From a virus (lineage: Duplodnaviria; Caudoviricetes): a DNA stretch of 24,160 nt. The DNA lies in the IMG/VR virus record IMGVR_UViG_3300010160_001956, positions 1 to 24,160 of that record; one strand, written 5' to 3'. The notes below the pieces were generated by a model. It searched no databases. It was given only the letters and a program-made list of their open reading frames with translations, and was not told the origin of the DNA. Shown in pieces: positions 1-8,500 of the stretch. The translations under genes and the position numbers were made by a program. How positions within the stretch are numbered: position 1 is the stretch's first letter; every line of letters begins with the position of its first letter.

Positions 1-809
1 ACACCTTGAACCTGATCCTCTGTGCCTGGGTTAACTCCTAGGAATACCGGAGTAATTTCTTTTCTCAGATCTTGCACCGCCTTTGCGCAGTACCCGCCCC
101 TAACGCGCTGGTTAGTCTCCGCCCATCCAAGATAATCCCTCATCCTTGCCGTACTGCCGTAGTAAACGGAGCGTGGTTTCCCACCGGGGCGCTCTGTCGT
201 TGCTTTGTATAACTCTGGGTCTATGGCATTTTTAATGACGCGAATGTTGTCATTAAACCTTGCATATCTCTTACCAATGACATTGGTAGATGTTGTTACA
301 AGATCTGCTCTCTTTGCCATCTCCTCGATGAGCGGCTGCTCTGGAATAATGTCTTTGATGTAACCGTTCCAAGACCTGATACTAAAGTGGTCGTCGTCGG
401 TTTCGTAGACAATAGCCTTGTCGTGTGCCGCAAGCCGAAACGTTGGCCATAGCAATCGCGTAAGAAGATCTCGCTCCTTTGCCGGGCCGTGCTCATGTTT
501 GGCTGCTTCAGTATAATTAAATGTGACAAACGAGCAACTCTTATTCTCGCAGGCAAGCGTAGTATTGTAGTACCTACGGAACACCACAACGTCTGCCCAA
601 TCAATATCTTGCGCGTTAACTTTGATCAACCCCTTTTGAAAAGCTTCTGGGAACGGCATTTTGTTTGCGCCCTCTTCAAACTCAAAGTTTACGTTGTTAA
701 TTCCCCTGTAATCCACCCCTAATTTTGACAGTTCTTCCTTAAACTGGTAGCCACGGAAGTATGCACATGGGCCGTCCTTAACATCTCCCCAAACTAAAAC
801 CTTGAGCAT
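1..809 (-). CDS. GT-B fold glycosyltransferase (GT4-like), 3' end truncated by window edge (>269 aa); absent from ORF track
   Basis: Hand translation from ATG at 809 (SD-like GAAAGGGGG upstream) is open to position 1: MLKVLVWGDVKDGPCAYFRG...DWADVVVFRR...KAIVYETDDDHF...EMAKRADLVTTSTNVIGKRYARFNDNIRVIKNAIDPELY...RSVYYGS. The ADVVVF / IVYExDD / ADLVTTST / VIxNAID / xYxGS series is typical of phage GT-B glycosyltransferases. Confidence 0.85.
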   Translation of the reverse strand, partial: MLKVLVWGDVKDGPCAYFRGYQFKEELSKLGVDYRGINNVNFEFEEGANKMPFPEAFQKGLIKVNAQDIDWADVVVFRRYYNTTLACENKSCSFVTFNYTEAAKHEHGPAKERDLLTRLLWPTFRLAAHDKAIVYETDDDHFSIRSWNGYIKDIIPEQPLIEEMAKRADLVTTSTNVIGKRYARFNDNIRVIKNAIDPELYKATTERPGGKPRSVYYGSTARMRDYLGWAETNQRVRGGYCAKAVQDLRKEITPVFLGVNPGTEDQVQG

Positions 810-835
810 AGATCCCCCTTTCTCTCTTGCCTTTC

Positions 836-862
836 GGCGGGGGCGCACGTGGCGCCCCCGCC
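836..862. terminator. Perfect 11-bp GC-rich hairpin downstream of the major capsid gene (terminator/attenuator or mRNA-stabilising stem; no U-tract)
   Basis: ggcgggggcgc (836-846), loop acgtg, gcgcccccgcc (852-862); lies about 20 nt after the capsid stop. Followed by GAAAGG on the minus strand, not by a U-run. Confidence 0.55.
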
Positions 863-882
863 TACTCGGATAAGCCTAGATC

Positions 883-1905
883 TTAGCTGATCGAGGCGGT
901 CGTGCGGAGAATGCGGTAGCGTGCAAGACCGAGTCCTGCGGCGGTGCCGTTATCTCCGTCTGCGGTGCTCTTAGCCACATGAAGCAACTTGGAACCAAAT
1001 CGCATCTTATAGCCAAGGAGCGAGACCTGCGCAAGCGGGTCAGTGTGGTCGCCACCTGGCGCCACGAAGTACGACTGCAGCGTCTGGCTGTCACCGATGG
1101 TATAAGCATCAGGGGCAAGGAACAGGGCGCTGTAGTTTGCACCGGTTGAAGAATACGTCGTTGGGGCTGCACCGGTGGCGCGGAACGCGTCCGAAGACAC
1201 GATAATGCGGCACTGGCCAAAGCGACCAATCTCGTTCGTAAGCGCCGGAAGATCCGACACATACTTGTTCAACTCAATGAAGCCGTTTGTGCTCGTGTCC
1301 GTCACGAGGTCAAACTGCTGGTTAGGGTGAATAATCAGGCGATAGAAGCCGTCCGCGAATGGAGCGACATTGTTCGCAAGAAGATCCGTTGCCATGCGCT
1401 TGACCAGCCAACCGTTAAGGTTGGTAGTAACCGCAGTGGTTGCGTTCGTGGTAACCGTCGCTGTACCAGTCGCGCCCTGAATTGCCGCCGTGCGGGCGGT
1501 GCTGTGAATGGTATCGCGGACAAGCGTGTCCATGGTGCGCGTTGCCTGATAGGCAATGCGCTCGGCGCCGATGCCAATTAGGTCGTGCGGTGAATCAAGC
1601 TGGGCAAGATCGCTTACCGCAACTGTCTGACCGTACTGTGCTGCCGTAAAGAACTCGGACGAAATCGTCAGAGCCTGGTCGGTTGGCGGAACGCCTTCCG
1701 TCAACGGCGTTGTGTTAAGTGAAAGATCTGCGTATCGAGCGTATCGGATCGTATTCGTACCCTTTACGAAATAGCCTGGGACATACATCCCCGGCATTGC
1801 GTGAACGGCACGAGCTCGGAGCTCTTCAAGCGCACGCGCCTGAACGAGTTCCTGTACGAGAGCCGCAAAACCCGACTGGGTAGTTGAGCTTCCGTTGTAA
1901 GCCAC
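883..1905 (-). CDS. Major capsid protein, N4-gp56-like family (HK97 fold)
   Basis: 340 aa, GTG start with AAGGAG SD. Motifs PLTEGVPP, QYGQTVAVSDLA, IIHPNQQFDL, NEIGRFGQCRII, GGDHTDPLAQ...GYKM match this family. Follows a scaffold-like gene. Confidence 0.9.
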   Translation of the reverse strand: MAYNGSSTTQSGFAALVQELVQARALEELRARAVHAMPGMYVPGYFVKGTNTIRYARYADLSLNTTPLTEGVPPTDQALTISSEFFTAAQYGQTVAVSDLAQLDSPHDLIGIGAERIAYQATRTMDTLVRDTIHSTARTAAIQGATGTATVTTNATTAVTTNLNGWLVKRMATDLLANNVAPFADGFYRLIIHPNQQFDLVTDTSTNGFIELNKYVSDLPALTNEIGRFGQCRIIVSSDAFRATGAAPTTYSSTGANYSALFLAPDAYTIGDSQTLQSYFVAPGGDHTDPLAQVSLLGYKMRFGSKLLHVAKSTADGDNGTAAGLGLARYRILRTTASIS

Positions 1906-1917
1906 GTTTACTCCTTA

Positions 1918-2460
1918 TTATTCTTTAAATGGGTTTCCCGACTTTTTCAGTTCTTCAAAAACGTCAAAGGCGGTTCGCTTATGTGGAGCCTGCGACTGAC
2001 TCTTAAGCGGTGCATTTACATCCACGAAAGCATCTGTAGTCTTCTCGTTTGCCACCGACTTTATAAACTTTTCAAACGCCTCGGCGCGAGCCTCGGTGTC
2101 AAGTCCGTCAGTGTCATTTGCAAACTGAGCATACAAAGGATGCTTCTGTGCAATGTTTTCTCTACGGGCGGTTTCCCGTGTCGCGGTGAGTTCTTGCTCC
2201 AACTGATTAGCGCGAAGATGCGCCTTTTCCAACTCGGACATATTGGCAAGTTCGGTCTGAGCCTTCCACTTTCGCAGTTCCTCAAGTTCCAAACCCTTAG
2301 CCTCTAGTTCCTTCTTGGTTACCGTTAGAGCCTGATCCTTGCCAGCCAGGCGCTTTCTCCAAGTGGCCACGTCTTCGTCGGGAGAAGTGGATACTGCTAC
2401 CGGTTGCTCAACCGGGGCAGTCGACTGCTCCTCAACTGGAGTAACGACTTCGTCAGCCAT
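1918..2460 (-). CDS. Capsid scaffolding protein
   Basis: 180 aa with acidic disordered N-terminus and a coiled-coil core (KKELEAKGLELEELRKWK...MSELEKAH). AAGGAG SD; directly upstream of the capsid gene. Confidence 0.8.
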   Translation of the reverse strand: MADEVVTPVEEQSTAPVEQPVAVSTSPDEDVATWRKRLAGKDQALTVTKKELEAKGLELEELRKWKAQTELANMSELEKAHLRANQLEQELTATRETARRENIAQKHPLYAQFANDTDGLDTEARAEAFEKFIKSVANEKTTDAFVDVNAPLKSQSQAPHKRTAFDVFEELKKSGNPFKE

Positions 2461-2482
2461 ACTGACTCCTTTACTTTATTTT

Positions 2483-2504
2483 GCGGCTAGTTATAGGCAG
2501 CCGC
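2483..2504. promoter_or_regulatory. Small intergenic hairpin upstream of the scaffold/capsid genes
   Basis: gcggct (2483-2488) pairs with agccgc (2499-2504); the loop reads GCCTATAACT on the minus strand. Lies in the 51-nt gap between the giant gene and the scaffold gene. Function unknown. Confidence 0.3.
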
Positions 2505-2511
2505 TCCCCTT

Positions 2512-5500
2512 TTATTCTGGTGAAAGGAAGTCCCCAATGTTGTCTAGAACACTGGTAGTTGGGCTTCCGGTGAGGAAGTTCTGGATATCGCTAATTGCCT
2601 TAACGGCAAGTTCTGGGCCAGCAGCCCACCCTTGGCTACGCTTCGCCGTTTCAAACACGGACGATGTAAGAGCACCTGGGATCTGTTCAAAGTCGTTCTT
2701 CGCAATAGGTCGCATGATCCCATTTCGGAACCAGTACGGAAGACTGACGCTAACGTCCGTTGGGAAGCCTGGCAGCAAGCCGTTCAGGAAGAACAACAGC
2801 GGAGGCCGACTTGCAACGTACTGCTGCAGTTGAGGGCTATCCTCAAGTGATGCGGCAATGTAGTCAGAAATCTTATTGGTCTGGAATGCCCCAAGGAACG
2901 GAGCAAAGCCACCTTCAAATGGCGCATACTTAAACATTGCGTTAAAGAATGCTGGAAGGATCTTACCCCACATGTACGAAATTGGGTATACCCCAAGGTA
3001 CGGGTGGTTGAGAGTCCTTTCAACTGGGGACTTATACATTGAGTAGAACTGCTCGCGTGATGCCACGCTTGCGCCTTCTGCCCATGCCAACTTAGCCCAG
3101 TTCATCATGACCTGCATTTGCGCCGGCTGGTAGAGCGACTGCGCCATACCGGTTCCAAGTGCGTCAATCTCCCTTGCAGTAATCAGTTCGCCCTTTTCCA
3201 CCTTGACAAGAATCTCATTTAGAAGAGGGATCTGCTTTCCGTTTGCCTGCATAAATGCCAGCTTGTTTGAAAGTTCCTCTACCACTGGATCTCGCTCAAT
3301 AGAGGAGGTAAGGGTTTCTCGTGTGCGAACCTCACCTAGCACCTGATCTGCGCGCTTGAGCGCCTGCTCCTCTTCGTACATCTTGATCTTTGCGCTAATC
3401 TCTGCACGCTTAAGGGAAGTAGCCTCTTCAATTTGCGCCAGTCGCGTTTCAAATAGGTCAACGTTCTTTTGAACAAATTCGTCAAACTCTCCCCTGCTGA
3501 CATGACCAGATGCCTCAATCCCAGACCACATATCATCTGAAATAGATCGGATCATTCCCTCAAGTCCGCCCTCGTGAGTGCTTCTAGCGAACTGAATAAG
3601 TTCATCAGCCATTGAAAGGAACCTATTCATATTGAGCATTGTCTTAGTCGTGGACATCATATCAGCTTCTGCGATACGAAGCATGTTGTAAACGCCGTAC
3701 TCAGCCTTGCCGGGCATTTTCCCTAGTGGCCAGCGAGCGAAGTCAACTAGTTCAACAAGATCTCCACCGCCAGACTTGTCCTTTCGCAGCCCTCCACCGG
3801 CTCGATATAGACCGCTGCTGCCAAAGTCAACTCGGACAAGTTCTCCAGCGGCGTCAACCAGCACATTGCTCATGTCCCTATTGGTGACGTCAAAGTTTGC
3901 CAGCCAAAGGTCGTAAAGAATATTGTCTAGGAAGCCTTGGGCGTTACCGACGTTGATGTCCTTCATATCTTCCGACAAACGCTTGGTGTCCTTAAGCCAC
4001 TCACTCCCGATGTAAAGACCGTCAACGTCAGGGATGATGCTTGTCTGAGGAACCTTAACCCCAGCCCTTCGGTAGATCTCGCTAACCATGTACTCATTTA
4101 GCACGTGAAGGTTTTGCTGAAGCGGAGTCTTAGCAAGATCAGACCCAATGTCTGGTCGCTTTACCCAGCGAATAATTCCGCCAACGCCCTCCCATAGACC
4201 AGACTTGCCGGCAGTATTCATTCCCGGTCGAAGTTTGATTTCGTCACTCTTTTCAATCTTTTTAATAAGTGCAAGCCCTGAATCAGTTACCACTGCGGCG
4301 TTGTCAGTTTTTGCAACAGTTTGAGCAACTCGTGCTCGCTCCGGCTGGACAGGCAATACGTCTCCGCTTGCAGCAAAGGCAAAGCTTCGGCGCTTTACAA
4401 TTGATGAACGCTTTACTTCATCAAAGTTAACCCCAAGTTCAATTCCTCGCTTCTTTAGATATTCCTTAAGAATAGGGTTAGTTTCCATAAGCCTGTAGAA
4501 CGTTCTGGCAAATTGGTAGCGACCTTCCTCCTCAATGCGAAGCGAGTTTACAGCACGAACCAATCGGCCCTGAGCCTCGTACGAAACGTTAAGAGACGAC
4601 CCGCCGGACACTTTAGTAAATGTTCTTGGTGCCACGGTGTCAATAACAATTTCCCAGTCGCCGTTTGAACGCTTTGCAGAACTCACGATACGCCACATTT
4701 GACCACGTGGCATCATGACTTCAGTTTCCATTTGATGTACGGAGAGCCCTTCGGCTGCGTTCAGGTCAAGACCTTTCATCCCAATTGGATTTTCAATCCT
4801 CAACTTAACGCTTCCGGTAAATGCCCGACTACGGCTTCGGCTAAACGCAGGTGCGTTAAGCATCCTAAACTCGTCTCCGGCTTTTGGGATATAACCTGGA
4901 GCAAACAAGTCTACAAAGTCTGCCCCACGGTATACTGGGGAGGTTGTAATAACTGTATTCTTATTTAGTGCTGAGTCAAAATTGGCAACAAATTCTTCCA
5001 TCTTTTTGAATCTGTCGTCACCAGTTGCGCTCTCATCGTAAAGACCCATGTTCCTTGCTTCTGCAATCATTGATGCTTCGTCCCGCGTTCGGGCTGGCTG
5101 AATACCAGAAATGATTGGAGTCTCTGCCTTTGCAGCAAAATATCGGCTGATCTTTCCGTAATCTCCGGTAGACCATCGGCGCAAAGCCTTCTTTTCTACA
5201 TCTGAAGCCAGAGCGGTTGTAAGTGACGGGGTTCCTTCAAAGTCTCCAGAAACTGAAGTCGGAACATTAGTCTTAACTGAGCGAACGCTTGAGATAACTT
5301 CGTCAAGAGCCTCGGCTACTTCCTTCTGGGTCTTGGTTGTTGCGCCGGTCTTGCTTACAATAATATGCGCATCTTCAAGCTGCTCAAGGTCATCAACCTG
5401 AATGTCAGCCTTAGAAAGAATGGTCACAACCTTGTCCATTGGCCCAAAGTCAAACGCAGTACCAAATGTATACGGAGCGCCGTTTACATCGGCAATTCGG

Positions 5501-8500
5501 AGAATGTTCTCAGCAATCGTTCCGTTTACTCCTGAGTCAATTAGGTGTCGGAAGATTTTTGCCGGGTCTGTAGTTCCAAGAACCTCCATTGCCGCATTGG
5601 CAACGTCTGGCATTTCCCTCATCAATTGACGGCCAGAGGCTCGCAGCACTTCGTTATAGGTCGTCCAGTCAGTTGCAGCCACCTTGATGTCCGCTGTGCG
5701 CTTACGGGCTTTTTCACCGACTGGCGCAAGGTAACTGATGGCGTCTCCGAGAACGGCAGATACTCGAGACTGCACGGCATCCGCAACAAGCGGATTTGCC
5801 TTGGTGATTTCATCAAGAACGCTGGAGTTATATCGCAAGATGTGCGATCCAAGTTCGTGGCTATCGTATCGGAATGATCCCGGAGTTGTTAAGATTGAGG
5901 CAAGGTCAGACGCGTCTCGACGCAACGCGCTTCCTCGGATACCCCGCAATAGTGTAAGGGCATACGGCTCAACAATCTCTTGGGCGTTAAAGTATGGATT
6001 ATATCGGTACCTAGCAAGCGGATAAAGCTTATTTGCAATTGATGCAAGAGTTGGGTAATTTGCCTGAATCGTCCTTGAAAACTTTGTAGTCGCACCAATT
6101 TTGCTAAGGTCTCCGCTGATGGCAAACAGTACAACCTTGCGTGCGCTTTCTCCGCCTTCTCCTGGGCCAAAGATTCGCCGGAATGTCTTAAGACCCTTTT
6201 CTCCTCCCCCAAAGGCGCGAGTAAGAATGCTGTCAATTTGAGTCTTTGTCAAGCCGCCAATGCTGATCTCTTGCTCAACTCCCTCTTTGACCATAAGCGC
6301 CATCGCCCGGTAGGCTTCCTGCTCGCTAATTGCTCCACCAAGCCCAACGCGCAAACGCTGGACGGCTCGGTCGTATAGTTCATTATTTCCAACTGGAGTG
6401 AGCATCTTGATTAGTTTTGCTTTGGCACTATTTGCCTGCTTAATAAGTTCTGGCTTGTTTAGCCCAAGAGATTCTGCTGGAAGCAACTTGTCAATCTTTG
6501 TATAAAGTTGCAGCGTAGGTCGAGTTACTGGGTTACCAGCAACATCGTATACAATTCCGTGCGTGCGCAGGAATCCTTCTTCCGGCTCGTTACCAATAAC
6601 GTAACCATTTTCCTTGAGGGTCTGGCGGACGTCGGCAAGCTTCTGCAGGTTCTTATCTTCTTTCAGCTTGTTGTATTCTTCTTGCAGTTTCTGCGCATCC
6701 ATTGCCGCTTTTGCCGTAGCAGTTCCGGGCATTGTGTAGTCTTGTGCGTGTTTGATTCCGCGAATATTGCGACCCTCAAGCGCACCAAAGACGTAGTTTC
6801 CGGATGGATAGTTTGGCGTACCCTTGATTGACCGAATGTCAATAACGCGTGCTGCGTTCTCAAGACTTCCGTTTGGATCGTAGACTCGGTAAACAACTCC
6901 GTGAAGTCCGCCACCTGTTGCCTTGGCAAGAGATGTTGCCTCCCTGCCAGATGTTAGGAACTCAGCAGGGTTAGAGATTGTAAACTGGTTAGGTTCATCT
7001 CCAAACGAGGCAAGATTATCCCACTCTTTAAGGTCAACTTTCTCTGCGATACCTTTCCCAATTGGGCCTGTGGCAAAGTCCTGTGGGGCTCCCACCGGCA
7101 TAATTACTCCTGGGTCTGCGTAGAACGAGTCAAGACCTCGGATAAGCCGGGCATCTGCGGTAGCGCCAAGATGCTCTGCCGTATGGTGGAACAACTTGTT
7201 CCCTGAAAATGTTGTCTTGTATTCCCCAAGTTGGTTTGCAAAGGAATTCGCAGATGACTTTTCAAGAACAATCTTTCCATATCGGTTAATAAGATTGTTA
7301 AGAGCAGCCGGCTCAAGATCTCGGATAATATCATTCCAATTGCCATCTAGTTCTGCAATGTAACTGGCAGATGGCCCACCTTCAAATGCATCTGCAACCA
7401 TCTGCGTAGCAACTGGATCACCGCTGTTCATCGCTTCATCAAGCTTGTTGATGACCTTCATTGTCCATGAGTCTGCGTCCCCAGAGTCCGCAAAATAGTC
7501 CGATAGTCGCGGTGCATGTACGGCGTCAAGTTCAATTGTAGTCAATCGAGTAGGCCTAAAGTGGAGCGAATCCAATGAGTGGAACATATCGGCAATAGAG
7601 TGGTACATTCCGCTGGCAAACCTGTTGTCGTCACGAGCCTTCAGATCACGCATAATCCTGCGGAATGACTTGATCGCACGAACTCGCCACTGGTTTTCAA
7701 TCATGTTCGGAAGGGCGTATCCCTTCTTTGCAATCTCTGCGTTTTCGTACCCAAGCAGACTCCATACTGGAGTATTAGATCCGCCAATGCCACGCTCAAG
7801 ATATTCCCTAATCCATTGGTCAAACGTCAACGAGCCGGAGTTTTGAGACAGGGGCTCGCCGCTTGACTTTAGCAACTGAGTTGCCCGGACTAGGTTCCCG
7901 TCCTTGTCGTAATGGAAGATTACATCGTCAAGCCAGATGTCCTTAAAGTTGTCTCCAGAAAGGTATCTACCAACAAGGTACTCTGGATCCATAAGGAGTT
8001 TCTTGGCATTAGCCGGAGTAAGCTTGGCAATCTCTGCCTGGCTTGCCATAACCGACCTAGCAACCGGAGCCTCAAGTCCACCGTGGAATGGCCCAGCAAC
8101 ATCAAGTTTAGGGGAATCTAGAACAAGGTGCAACTGCTGATAATTTCTTCCATCGTCAGCCAAGTCAAACACAGTAGAAGATGGCAAACGCTTTGCCTTG
8201 CTCATTGAGAACCTGACCATAGGATGTCGCCAAATTCCAGCCCCCGCCCCTGTAACTTCTGTTACTTCAGAGGAGTTGTCTTGGGCGAGCCTCATAAGCC
8301 TATTGCGAAGCAAAAGGGTTAAGGCATCCATTTCGTTCCCAGTAACGACCACGCTAAGTCCCGGAGTTGCCTCGCCAGACACGCGCCAGCCGTTCATGTC
8401 AATTGCTGCGCTTCTGGCAAATGAATTTCCAGCCCAGTCAACTGAGGCTTCATTCCAGTTGGAATACCATTCCCCTACGCCTTCAATCTCAACTTGTCTT

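Noticed and set aside
296-722. Track ORFs 296..604 (-) and 489..722 (+)
   Set aside because: Both are out-of-frame or antisense shadows of the glycosyltransferase ORF that starts at 809.
876-1262. Alternative-frame ORF over the capsid 3' end as a programmed frameshift extension
   Set aside because: It ends only 7 nt beyond the capsid stop, so it adds no domain, and no slippery sequence was seen.
2489-2495. TATAAC as a sigma70 -10 promoter for scaffold/capsid
   Set aside because: It lacks the conserved final T and there is no clear -35; kept only as a low-confidence hairpin feature.
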